Source of the DNA: a virus | Taxonomy: Duplodnaviria; Caudoviricetes | DNA: 34,391 nt | Virus record (IMG/VR): IMGVR_UViG_3300026270_000014 | Span: 1-34,391 of that record | Reading direction: 5' to 3' (one strand) | Shown: positions 12,801-19,523 of the stretch, piece after piece | Numbering within the stretch: the stretch's first letter is position 1 | How the letters are laid out: the number at the start of each line of letters is the position of its first letter | Position numbers and translations under genes: made by a program | Notes under the pieces: model-generated | Databases searched by the model: none | Told to the model about the DNA's origin: nothing | Seen by the model: only the letters and a program-made list of their open reading frames with translations

Positions 12801-13661
12801 ACCATACATAGAATCATGATTGCCGCATTGGTAGTACAATGTTGCAGGTCCAGTTGCAGGAACTGTGAATGTTACAGTACCATAGTCTGTTCCGTTGTTT
12901 GTTACACCAGTTGAATAAATTGTTGACGTCGAACCGTCTTCACTAATTTTTGATTTATAAGGTTCTGTCATTATCCATAAAGGATGACCTTTTGCGTTTA
13001 CTTCAAATTTATAAGTGTTTCCTCTGTATAAAGTTAATATAGGATTTCTTTCATTCTCTCTGTGTGGCAAGTGCCAAGCACCTAATGAACTACCATCATC
13101 AGGCCATGCTTCAACTTTATATTCTGCAACTGCATTCGGTCCAACTGAATCTAATGATATTACACTAGGTCCAATCGGCATCCAATAGTATTCTCTGTAA
13201 TTGATTAACTTGTCATAATCTATTGCTGGATTCCAAGAGTAAACATTTTCTTTTGATATTCTATCATGATTATCTATGTTACCACCTAAAAATTTTATTT
13301 GATTAATATAATCGTCGTATGTTCCTGTAAACTTGACTTGGTCCTCAGGATTAAGTGATGTTGTATCTCTATCTGTGTAAGTTACCGCTGGCTCCAATTG
13401 ATAAGCCATTCTGTCTCTTGACGTAGCAGAAATATATCTGTCTGTTTCTTTCCTTGTGCTGGCATCTTGTCTGCCTATGAAACCATCAAGTCTTTCTAAT
13501 GCTCCTTTTTGTACTAGAGGATCTAATGTACTTCCTAAAAATCTTTGGTTGGAGTCTGTTCTATAAAAGGCAGGTAGATGTTGTACAGTTCTTTTGTATT
13601 CATTCTTGCCCTGTTTGACAACTTCGTTATTTGTTAATGAATTGATTTGTCTATCTGCCAT
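804..13661 (-). CDS. Giant multidomain virion/baseplate protein (4285 aa) with cupredoxin-like domain, FG-GAP-like beta-propeller and GDGST-type repeat modules
   Basis: Uninterrupted 12.9-kb ORF directly after the gp6-like wedge (the gp7 position). FG...GAP repeats at ~6030-7385. GHP...YYQCGNHDSM at ~12790-13046. Repeated (F/Y)xGDGSTxxF...V.VNG modules at ~900-3140. Confidence 0.8.
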   Translation of the reverse strand: MADRQINSLTNNEVVKQGKNEYKRTVQHLPAFYRTDSNQRFLGSTLDPLVQKGALERLDGFIGRQDASTRKETDRYISATSRDRMAYQLEPAVTYTDRDTTSLNPEDQVKFTGTYDDYINQIKFLGGNIDNHDRISKENVYSWNPAIDYDKLINYREYYWMPIGPSVISLDSVGPNAVAEYKVEAWPDDGSSLGAWHLPHRENERNPILTLYRGNTYKFEVNAKGHPLWIMTEPYKSKISEDGSTSTIYSTGVTNNGTDYGTVTFTVPATGPATLYYQCGNHDSMYGILQIKDVTSTAKIKPQDDIVGVKNYSLRTLDLSNGMKIKFDDNIVAPEYKDKQYYVEGVGENITLTDVDDLITPASYSEETTILYDTVGYDTRPYAKSFYTPKDKDYITIKRDSRDQNAWSRYNRWFHKSVIEETARVGGYTPVLDENDRAKRPIIEFDSGLELYNHGKVAKKSVTLYDTTTTDAFSQVVKQTGYIVDGLALADGMRVIFANDTDPLVNGTIYDVAFVTAGDSTQVISLTKATDGTPSANDSIFIEFGTAHQGKTLYYDDSTSRWADAQQKTKLNQQPLFNLHDEQHVDLDDPIKYPSSTFAGAEIFSFATSDSAVEDTVLGIKVKYETINNVGNIVFKSDHTSDSFTYKLGKGTVSKRLASGHLHYSTLAKVTNYLGPWVKRTSKSKQRVIRTYIVDSTETQLFAIDFYKDSSSLTDLEVSVKVNGVRKTINTDYTLVDGTTNKYVKFNKELTEGDQIRIAGYSSAKKIKDKGIYEVPENLSINSENASLGTFTYGQILKHVQDIFDKNQDVTGQIPGTSNLRDKPDAKLKGGTILQHEGSLIPAIFSLVDRESNFVSAIDYANLEYEKWYSAFLTHATDTAYEGVARDRVDEIVTAITQGRTSSFPFFYEDMLGWGENVSTRTHTVAGSSQTDYAIDSQFDITKLSNRAVYIYLNDELLILGTDYTFSTVDDSITVTRSLAEGDKIVIKDYSDTKGSYLPPSPTKLGMYPKYKPEIISDDTYITTTNMIRRHDGSFIKAYGDERDDLIIELERRIYNNIKTEYDSTLTNISDVMPSVFTSTDFTLGEINDVMASDFHVWAGRNNVQYINNTTFSEGSPFTYNYANSTDRIKKEKLPGYWRAIYKYFYDTDAPHVRPWEMLGHSEKPSNWDKTYGTAPYTSGNDVLWTAIATKTGRYGKPDIKNYLPVDASGNLLDPISAGLIDVLDIPGRRSSWKFGDQAPQETAWIRSSAYPFTVMKTLALTQPARFFSNMFDPSRQSTNIAGNQIDTETEIRRSLKNAKYHLQTITDNATGETTTYLTAGYQPIIVNYLISKNLDADTFYYKKMSNITTQLTYKLGGFTDKDNLKVLTDSVSPGSTSGSKFIPDENYKILFRTSNPVQSFTYSGVLIEKNTDVSHDGSTLLGGYKVLGYSTVKPYFKFKYPVKTSIGNKLKVEGSVEVVTYNDFKDTVQTIPYGYIFDTIQEVADFLLGYGSYLEEQGFKFNKYSNEIKETLNWQNAVKEFLFWTTQEWAPGSAITVSPAAQGFELDTENSIVGKLRNLAGDYSLLDAGGRKIPIRQVSTKRIGKTFDIEIKDENTGLYNIILNTVQKEHIIIFDNKTVFADIIHEPTTGFRQQRLKVVGWKTGGWNGDYYAPGFMFDSANVTYWTANTDYKIGDSVEYQGKFYVAKINHGSGNKFDNANWILKNAKPRAQLIPNFDYKISQFNDFYNLETNNFDESQQKLAQRLIGYQSRDYLENLFVNDVSQYKFYQGYIREKGTKNAIDRLLKAKYEEQDISLDLYPEWMLKTGQFGNVDRIENIQIRLDDDKITANPNSFELLNTSNETVEYARSDAIVKSDMFYKPVDYDASKTFSRLDYTKEGVTRDHAQVYKTAGYPQVEHVHHTAFNEVDLLKLDVTKVTQNELIWVANKSNNDWDVYRLTNQDYKIKNLQRINDATQLEITFTDSHGLSAGTTTSLADYFAITNAKTPSLNGVYEVFSVVDHKTIVIDFALNTPFVENVSDESTADSFGNVYKFISVRFNSIDNVNDLLKYSDYQDEKPAVGYTGDRIWTDADHSGLWRVYQKQDPYNIKVQLSPDSSTAEQNFGQQIVARNDGRTVVVSSPGDGQGKINFLFRREATSGSVFETQSTITTTAGNDSTGKLGESLSMSTDENFVVAGGPYTNSLGSDGSTRFADAGLIKTFVWNPSTFKYGTLSTLLPPVDAASQNFGWAHKITESGTSSTRDTAQKYLFVSAPGHSSDKGRVYVYTWGVGSDGSTYDRWTKDYTLEAPAGGSGQRFGHRIQANDNGDVLAVSSLAPGNAGKVEIFVRSGADGSSATTFTLTQTLTGVTSDGSTANTAFGDSIAMSKDGNTLIIGAPGVDKSDQADAGAIYYYKWNADGSTNTYTLQQTVNAPDSQTNMKFGTTLAINPAGNRLVIGAESFASPREMNFDAGATTFDLQDTSVVDNNIQSGGAYTATMYNTKFVIDDRLMTDNVSAMDDFGRGVCAIDNSVFVGAPKDDGNVGADGSTKIVNDGTVTIFDLKENGKYAWKNIVTETPLIDISKVGQVFEFDNRSKEIRDHYDLYDPIKGRILGIADREINIKTNWDPAVYNTGDNANTKTPWGREHLGEVWWDLSKVKWLWYEQGSQEYKINNWGKTFPGSSIDIYEWTESLLTPEQYNIQSNTPGGTITGTVLDINKYTVKQQYDSRLDTFVDYYYYWVKDKASMPMDSVVKRNNTVAYIANLIRDPKRYDIKYYAITNRNKFILWNVANLVNGDIILSVDIRSNDYEGDSHSVWKLAREGDKDYRPGTQIETRWWDSLIGSNSAGDKVPDLDLPLNQRYGNNIRPRQSWYIDRFGALKEIIDYANTVLKQRQLVGQINLDNLDSKEPEPTAQSLEWDAIVDTYAELTYINTADLSGTVKYLVKADETSNNFWAIYTWDGSIWSRTKLQTYNTSNYWNYTDWYKEGYSETTLIDKQVTFEYELDGLDLVPGKNVKVTSADTGGWKLFTKTTSGWENTGTENGTIRLSTKLYDYSQDATGFAGQDTFDENFFDQEPAKETRMILTALRDDLFINDLAGEYNTLFFTGLRKVLAEQTYVDWVFKTSFINVKNSVRELDQRKSYETGTDAWIESYIKEVKPFHTKLREYKLTYSGSDTQDGLFSDFDNPPFYDTTTKKIRPLNVDVDTDKLTEYPHQMWNDYHKKYVSSITITSAGSGYEVAPEVTILGGTVGSTGPFQIQGTSSSGATSGSFGYYYPLFTSEQQAKIYDSQNGGSGTAHTHTFDDISGTFYMPTGSTNHAQSNKSGTFKMYVAPNTTSAKATAIIQGGKVTKITLTDTGSNYTTTPTVILTGGLKNGNTPSNTAKAYANLNNDLVRDFDTTIKFDRVSSTSRVKDWTASTYFAYGDLIRHNNQLYKATSAFTSTKDFDDNIGNVYKVRGDEVGLTAADRTKGFYTPGSGMPGNELSQVMTGVDYGGTMVTGLLFSQDQGWDRSGWYDFPWDNYGASNIVTFSGDGSTTQFTFSTAPDSTKVYQVYTKINQTRTKVNVLDPSGTTVDHFRGDGTTKTVTLTSAPADGTLVEFIPFDEDGVLTPTDDRTLDSIVKGGLFTSALGHAPSDILLEGDDFISPDTSYAPEETVPGQMFDTVDIKVYTSPESGVPFISENNYIGDGSTVRFAIGDTPGTLGSVTVSCDGVVKKLTTHYTVDVKNKTITFGSAPANLSVVTIKVFAISGENYRVLDQYTGDGSTVTYTTATSDDFSLDSTASEIYITVDGVPTTQFTTKSVAKRLQVTFNTAPAANAFIQVAGFARTAISTRSYASIRNEELTYDGSTTRMDLTYPAGAIGPFSSLTTVECNGRVLRGPDNTYYIGDGSTYTYGVVSGLDDDSTVDPAKTITNQNQVEVFVNGTPQFYGADYDVDIGNQNITFTVESVPTSSDVICISTLVDNQYFIDGSNPTSVILIPSRITTPYSLTAGDKLSITTFNNALGMKHRREVLEGRTNGIFKLRFEPLNASYTYVWLNGQQLIQGKDFMLSGNTITVYGITIVASDRLDVLYFAMESATGATGFRIFKDMLNRTFYKRINKNATTELTQDIVDGDKTIVVKDGSILSTPDITANAPGVIFIDKERIEYFTKTNNRLGQLRRGTLGTGIKAHGSGAEVVDASGTQTIPYADTVHTNTFTGDGSTQTFALSQTPASASELDIFIGGQRLLLTSEDGSTINYSVDGSTTAVTLSTAPASGTQVKILHKKGQVWYTGKDGNPANGKGLQASTTQQARFIADEPTNAPE

Positions 13662-16600
13662 TAGTATCCTGCCCCACTACTGCCGGAACTTGATCCCGAA
13701 CCTGATGTAGTAGAGCCTGACACTGTTGATCCTGTAGAAGTGTTTGTAGTAGTTGTTGATGTGCTTGTGACTACTGTACCAGAAGCAGAAAGTTGATTGG
13801 CTCCTAGTGCTGAAATAATCGAAACATCATTAACGGTGGCCCCACTAATAAAAATTTCATCTGCCGCTGAATCTATCTGGAACAGAGACCCAAAACCCTG
13901 TCCTGATTGATTTGGCACTATCACCACTGTAAGTAGATCTGGCGCTAGTGCGTTATGAACATAAGCGGCTAATTCTGTAAAATAAAAAGTATCTCCAAAG
14001 TCCCAATTATCTAATGCGAAAAATTCATTTATCGCGGCAATCACTCTTGTTTTTATGACTGCATCTGTAACATTTGTTTTTAAATTTTTAACAACTTTAA
14101 AAGTTGCTTGTAATTCTTCATCAGCCTGTGTTCCAAATAATATTTTGTATTTTACAGGGTGGTAAATTATTTGATCTGACAATGATTTCAATGGGTTAAG
14201 TATACCTGAATAACTTATCCTCAATTGATTAGAAGTCGACGGCGTTGGCAATGTGCCACCATCCTGTAACCATATTCTATATAAATTGTCATATGTTCTT
14301 TCAAGCATATACACATCAATAATATTTGATACACTAGGGTCTATCCTAGTTTCCTGTCCAGCATTATGTTTGTATTGGAAATCAATACTGCTTCTTCCTC
14401 TTCTTGCTATGTAATCTGTTGTTGTTGATAATGTGTTTGATGTTGCATCATATTTTTTAACAACATCCTCTGCAGAATCATAAAAATAAAACAACTGTCC
14501 GTCTGTATAAGTCGACGTGCTTAATGTAATGTCAGACTCATTTTGAGTTGTAACAAAATTTGATGATGCATAAGGTCTAAATCTTGATATGTTATTGTAT
14601 GAAATGTATTTTTCTTGGAATATAAATTTTGTAGAAACACTTGTATCAGGTTCAACAATTATGTCAAATATTTCAGGATTGTCTACAACACCATCGTCAT
14701 CGTTATCAAAAAATCCTACTTTAACTTTTCTATTGTCCTGGAACCCATCTGATTCTGTAACAGTATCTACTACTTGCCATTTGATTGGATATCCAACTGC
14801 ATTTCCTGTAGAAACAATCGAATTTGTTTTTAAAATTTTAACTGTGTCCTTAACACTAGTTCCTAATTTGTAATCATAAATTTTTTCTTGTGCATCATAA
14901 TGAAACTTATTTTGCGATTCTGATTCAAAGATGTAATCTAACTTTCTGTATTGAACAGTGTAAGTATTTCCATCATTTGTAAATTTGAACCACCAACTTG
15001 CATCTGCGTTTGTTCCTGCTGTCGACCCTTGGTTAGTTAAGTCAAACACAGAACTTGAACTTAGGTTTGTTGACGTTATAACTTTCCATGTTTCTGAATC
15101 CCAATCATATCTCAATCCAAATTCTTCATATGCTTCTATTCTGTCAAGCATATCTGTTTCTAAATCCGATGAAAAAGAAGTTGTAAAGTTTGGAATTATA
15201 GCATTAACAACTGCACCATTCGGTACAATATTATTCAGTGTTACAGGACCTGCACCTGACTCTAAATTTCCTACACCACTGTTTGCTCCATCTCCTACCA
15301 CTGCACCAATTTTTGCCCATGATCTATCCTCACTATCTTCAGTTGTTGATGTGACCAACACACCATTCAAAAATCTTCTTGTATCAGGAGATGTAAATTT
15401 TATTAATGCACCTGTCTTAGCATATTTTAAGTTAGAAGTTGCAAAGTCTCCTAGCACCAATGGACCACTTGATTTGATGTACCCAGTATTAGTGTTTGTT
15501 GCTGTTGTTGTACTGTTCCAAGTTGCAGATAGTGTGCTTACATCTTTTGTGCCGTATTTGAAATAGTAGAATTGTCTAGCATATGGCGTTTTTAATTTTG
15601 CTTCAACATTAGAGTCTAATGTAGATTGAATATCGTTCCTGTTATTAAATGTAAAAGTAAATTTTTGTGTCGATTCTTCTCTGTATAATATACCGTCCTC
15701 AGCGAAAACACTTACATTTGAATAAGCACCTGTTGGATCTAAAACTTCTTTTGCTCTTGAAATACCTGATGCAGATCTGTTTACAGATTTAACTTTAATA
15801 ATTTCCTGAGACGCTGAAAGAGGTACAACTTGATAATCTTCAGCAGTAATCATTCTGTTTTGTGAATAGTATACTTGTCCTGCTTTTTCTTTAATCGAAT
15901 CATTGGATTCAGATGCCGCGGCATTGTATACAGATGCTTGTAAACTTAATGTAATTGTGATTGTTTGTTGTCCACCATTTGCATCTATGTAAGGTATTGC
16001 AACAGTTATGTTTTGCATATCTGCCGGTTGTATAGCAAATTTGGCATTATCACTTGTTCTGTAAAATGTTTTAAACGATCCTAAAGGTAAATTTGAAAAA
16101 TTTCCATCACCAAATACTAAATCTACTCCATCATTGGCTTTGGTTACAACATTGTAAATATTTCTTTCAGATTTGGACAATGAATTATAAATTGCGTTGT
16201 TGCCAGATAAAGATGGAACTTGTTTCCATTCTCGTGTGATTTGTCCAAATTGATCCAATTGATACAACCAAACGTCACTGTTGTTGATGTTTGATAAATC
16301 CAAAGGTTGAATATAATTTGTTATAGCAGTATCAACTGTAAAACTTTGTTGTTGCATTCTTCCTTGTTTGAACAAGAAGAAAAATCCTGTGTTATTTGAA
16401 CTGTCACCTGATCCATCACTTCTGTAAGTGTAAGTAATGCCCGTTCCTTCTACTGGTCTCGCTTCATAAATTGATTCTGACTCTTCAATTGTAGATGACA
16501 CAATTTCAAAATCTCTGTTGACTCCACCGACGCTCGATGTAAAATTAAACATTGGCAAATCTACTTGATTTGAACTTAACGTATAAACTTCTGTGTCAAT

Positions 16601-17143
16601 GCCTCCGATTTTTTTTGACTCTCTTGGATTTCCAAAAAGTTGTCCCGACTGGTTTGCCGCATTTAATATTGAAATAAATTGTTCTCTGTAATTTGAATTG
16701 GCCGAATCGTTCCATAACACTGTTTGATTTGATAGATTGGCTCCTGACGAATCTCTAACATCTTGCGTTGTAGATATAGCATCTATTTTCAATAGTCCAG
16801 TTGCTGGTTGGTTTCTTTTTGCATTATAGTTTATTAATCTTGCCAATCGTAAAATAGAATTTCTTCTTTCTGCTGTTTCTAGAAAGTTTTCTCTGGCATT
16901 TAAATCAACTCTAAAAGATAAAGCCTGTGCTATGTAGGCGATCAAATCTAATAGTGCAACATATTCAGAACTTTCAACAAAATCATTGAAATCATCTGGA
17001 TAATTTTCTTTGAGATATGCCACCATTGTCCTACGAAGTGTTTCAAAATCGTAAGATTTGAAGTCCGCTTGTTGGAAAGATTGGTAAATTTTTCGCCAAT
17101 CCTCGGCAACTAATAATCTGTTTTGTCTATCTGTTGTGGCCAT
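13661..17143 (-). CDS. Baseplate wedge subunit, T4 gp6-like (1160 aa)
   Basis: N-terminal DFETLR...DFNDFVESSE...LLDLIAY...NARENFLETAERRNSILRLARLINY, plus FGDG and QNRMITAEDY motifs typical of gp6/baseplate-J proteins; follows gp25. Confidence 0.85.
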   Translation of the reverse strand: MATTDRQNRLLVAEDWRKIYQSFQQADFKSYDFETLRRTMVAYLKENYPDDFNDFVESSEYVALLDLIAYIAQALSFRVDLNARENFLETAERRNSILRLARLINYNAKRNQPATGLLKIDAISTTQDVRDSSGANLSNQTVLWNDSANSNYREQFISILNAANQSGQLFGNPRESKKIGGIDTEVYTLSSNQVDLPMFNFTSSVGGVNRDFEIVSSTIEESESIYEARPVEGTGITYTYRSDGSGDSSNNTGFFFLFKQGRMQQQSFTVDTAITNYIQPLDLSNINNSDVWLYQLDQFGQITREWKQVPSLSGNNAIYNSLSKSERNIYNVVTKANDGVDLVFGDGNFSNLPLGSFKTFYRTSDNAKFAIQPADMQNITVAIPYIDANGGQQTITITLSLQASVYNAAASESNDSIKEKAGQVYYSQNRMITAEDYQVVPLSASQEIIKVKSVNRSASGISRAKEVLDPTGAYSNVSVFAEDGILYREESTQKFTFTFNNRNDIQSTLDSNVEAKLKTPYARQFYYFKYGTKDVSTLSATWNSTTTATNTNTGYIKSSGPLVLGDFATSNLKYAKTGALIKFTSPDTRRFLNGVLVTSTTEDSEDRSWAKIGAVVGDGANSGVGNLESGAGPVTLNNIVPNGAVVNAIIPNFTTSFSSDLETDMLDRIEAYEEFGLRYDWDSETWKVITSTNLSSSSVFDLTNQGSTAGTNADASWWFKFTNDGNTYTVQYRKLDYIFESESQNKFHYDAQEKIYDYKLGTSVKDTVKILKTNSIVSTGNAVGYPIKWQVVDTVTESDGFQDNRKVKVGFFDNDDDGVVDNPEIFDIIVEPDTSVSTKFIFQEKYISYNNISRFRPYASSNFVTTQNESDITLSTSTYTDGQLFYFYDSAEDVVKKYDATSNTLSTTTDYIARRGRSSIDFQYKHNAGQETRIDPSVSNIIDVYMLERTYDNLYRIWLQDGGTLPTPSTSNQLRISYSGILNPLKSLSDQIIYHPVKYKILFGTQADEELQATFKVVKNLKTNVTDAVIKTRVIAAINEFFALDNWDFGDTFYFTELAAYVHNALAPDLLTVVIVPNQSGQGFGSLFQIDSAADEIFISGATVNDVSIISALGANQLSASGTVVTSTSTTTTNTSTGSTVSGSTTSGSGSSSGSSGAGY

Positions 17144-17159
17144 AATACTTTAATAATGA

Positions 17160-17185
17160 TATTTATAGTATTAATTATATGCGTA
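17160..17185 (-). promoter_or_regulatory. Tandem late promoters TATAAATA (17160-17167) and TACGCATATAATTA (17172-17185)
   Basis: Exact T4 late consensus plus a one-mismatch variant in the gp25-gp6 intergenic gap. Confidence 0.7.
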
Positions 17186-17187
17186 CT

Positions 17188-17601
17188 TTAAGATAGGCGT
17201 AACAACGAGTTTTCGTCGAAGTTAAAGGATAGTTTTTCTGTGATGTTAAGTGGAACATACGTGATAGAAGCCTGTATTGCGATTCCTTTATCGGCTTCTC
17301 TCACAGTGATTTCATTGGTAGATATACGAGGATCAGCATTCAAATTAGCAGTAACATCTTCAAGTATTGCGTCTTTGAGTGATTCCGTAAATGGTTCAAA
17401 TATTGCATCATAAATGATAGTGCCAAATTCTGGATTTTCAACACGTTCACCCTTACGCACTGAAAGTCTATTAATTAAATCTTGTTTTGCAACTTCAAAA
17501 TCATATATCTTAAAATTTTGTTGGTCCGCTCGAGACGAAAACCCTTTGAACGTTATCGTTCCCCCGCCTTTGCTATTTGATGAATTAGAACCGTATGCCA
17601 T
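17188..17601 (-). CDS. Baseplate wedge subunit, gp25/GPW-like (137 aa)
   Basis: KQDLINRLSVRKGERVENPEFGTIIYDAIFEP...DPRI matches the gp25 signature (GER...P.FG...LFEP...EPRI). Confidence 0.9.
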   Translation of the reverse strand: MAYGSNSSNSKGGGTITFKGFSSRADQQNFKIYDFEVAKQDLINRLSVRKGERVENPEFGTIIYDAIFEPFTESLKDAILEDVTANLNADPRISTNEITVREADKGIAIQASITYVPLNITEKLSFNFDENSLLRLS

Positions 17602-17607
17602 TTGTAA

Positions 17608-17615
17608 TATTTATT
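17608..17615 (-). promoter_or_regulatory. Late-promoter-like element AATAAATA
   Basis: Lies 6 nt upstream of the gp25 ATG at 17601, the same spacing as at 801-808. Confidence 0.55.
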
Positions 17616-19520
17616 CTACCAAAATTTCAATTTTTTAATGAAACTACCTGCACTTTTAATTGCTGTGGATAATCCTGATGGATTTCTGTACATATTAGCA
17701 GGTCCAGTTTTAGACCCTAAAAAGAAACTTTCTGCAACATCGGCATATTTTTTTATTTGGGCCACACTTTCAGTAATGTTGCCTGATGTTATACCTTGAA
17801 CAAAAGACAGAGATTCTTGTTTGATTATTGCTTCAATGTTTTTACCTGCATTAACTATTTCAGTAATATCCTGTACTTTTAAATTTACCTCGTCATTTAA
17901 TGCTACAAGTTTTTTGACCTGCGTTGATACTCCGTTAATTGTTTTGTTTGCCATCAATGTTTCTCTAATTTCTTTTAGTTTTGCATCTGATAGATTTGGA
18001 TTGTTTTCTTTAATTTTTTCTATCACACCGCTAATATATTTTTTCTTACGTTCTTGACTGCTTTGCCTTGCATATGGCTCATGGGTAACAAAGTCTGATA
18101 CTGTTGTCCTCACTTTTATTGTGTTTGGCTCACCGCCCTCTTTAATTGGTTTTTCTACAGATATATCGTTAGCATCTGTTACAATGATTGCCACGTTTTG
18201 GTGATCTGGTGTTAACCAACTACAACCCCAGGAAGGATTTTGTTTACTGCCTGAGTTTAGATCAATCCTGCCACCTTTTAAGTTATGTGCACCACTGGCA
18301 CTGTGCAACTGTGCTCCAGCATGTGACATTATTCCGTCTCTAGCAAAACTTTGTATAATTCCTTGCTGTGAAGAATTAAAAATTCCTGCTTCTCCCATGT
18401 TGTATATTCTTGGTGAACTGTTGGCAATGTTTATGTCACTGACCATTCTAATTCTCTGTTTGGCATGGAAATTAATATCCATGTCTGAGTGTACGTTAAA
18501 GTCTCCTCCGGATCTTATGTTAATGCCTGATGCAGAAAATATACTAACTGTTCCATCACTGGCCATTTCAATGAATGCTTTACCCGAACCATTAGCGAGA
18601 TATATTACACCTTCAGTGTCATGCATCAACAATTGATGTCCCGATGCTGTTCTTAACCTTGCTAGTTTATTGTTTCCAACTTTGTCTCCGTCATCTAAAA
18701 CAAAACAATGTCCCAGATCCCTATCCACTTGTATTGGTGTGTTGTCTAAACCAATGTTAAGTGTTCTCGACGTTTCACTTGTGGCACCCGGAGTGTTCCA
18801 ACCAAACACTTGGCTTGGTGATTCTCTTCTGGCACTAGATGATGTTGTACCTCTTATATCGTCCTTTATCAATCCTTCTTGGAACAGTTGTTCCGCTAAT
18901 ACATCATTGACAGGAAATCTCCATTTGTCTAATCCTTGTAAAGATTCTCCACCTTGGTATGACTTTTTATTTTTTTCTTCGACAGGTAAAAAATCTGTTC
19001 CATAATTTTTCAGTTTAACTCCTGCGTTTGCACCTATCTGTCTTTCTCTATTAGTGATCTGTTCTGTGTTATTCACAGTAAATTCTGATGATCCCATTCC
19101 AGGCACGTTCTGATTTGTTAAAGGCTCTTGTATACAACCCATCCAGAAAGCGTTACGTTGGCCTTTTTCGCCCTTTGCGAATATAACCATCACATTGGTA
19201 TCAACGTCTGGTGGAATCGCCCACATACCATATGAACGTTGCTGTGGTCCGCCCGTCTGATCCATTGTGTTTGCCTTGAAAGGTTTGGCTCCGTAGAAAG
19301 GCGACAAGTACTGGCACCATATAACTTGATTAGCAGTTATATCTTGTCCATCTGTCTTTGTGAGTGCAGGAATGACAACACCCAGTCTGCCCATTTTTAA
19401 AGGATCTATAGTATTCTTTACAACACCGATATAAGGACCTGCGTCTTTGGCATTGGCCTTTTGATCATAATTTTTAAGATTGTCGTGTGTGTCTGCGAAT
19501 CCGCCTGATAATATACTCAT
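17616..19520 (-). CDS. Baseplate central spike, gp5/VgrG-like (634 aa)
   Basis: N-terminal OB-fold motif (GVVKNTIDPLKMGRLGVVIP...YGMWAIPPDVDTNVMVIF...FWMGC), then RLRTASGHQLLMHD and beta-helix-like repeats; located between the hub gene and gp25. Confidence 0.8.
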   Translation of the reverse strand: MSILSGGFADTHDNLKNYDQKANAKDAGPYIGVVKNTIDPLKMGRLGVVIPALTKTDGQDITANQVIWCQYLSPFYGAKPFKANTMDQTGGPQQRSYGMWAIPPDVDTNVMVIFAKGEKGQRNAFWMGCIQEPLTNQNVPGMGSSEFTVNNTEQITNRERQIGANAGVKLKNYGTDFLPVEEKNKKSYQGGESLQGLDKWRFPVNDVLAEQLFQEGLIKDDIRGTTSSSARRESPSQVFGWNTPGATSETSRTLNIGLDNTPIQVDRDLGHCFVLDDGDKVGNNKLARLRTASGHQLLMHDTEGVIYLANGSGKAFIEMASDGTVSIFSASGINIRSGGDFNVHSDMDINFHAKQRIRMVSDINIANSSPRIYNMGEAGIFNSSQQGIIQSFARDGIMSHAGAQLHSASGAHNLKGGRIDLNSGSKQNPSWGCSWLTPDHQNVAIIVTDANDISVEKPIKEGGEPNTIKVRTTVSDFVTHEPYARQSSQERKKKYISGVIEKIKENNPNLSDAKLKEIRETLMANKTINGVSTQVKKLVALNDEVNLKVQDITEIVNAGKNIEAIIKQESLSFVQGITSGNITESVAQIKKYADVAESFFLGSKTGPANMYRNPSGLSTAIKSAGSFIKKLKFW

Positions 19521-19523
19521 GTT

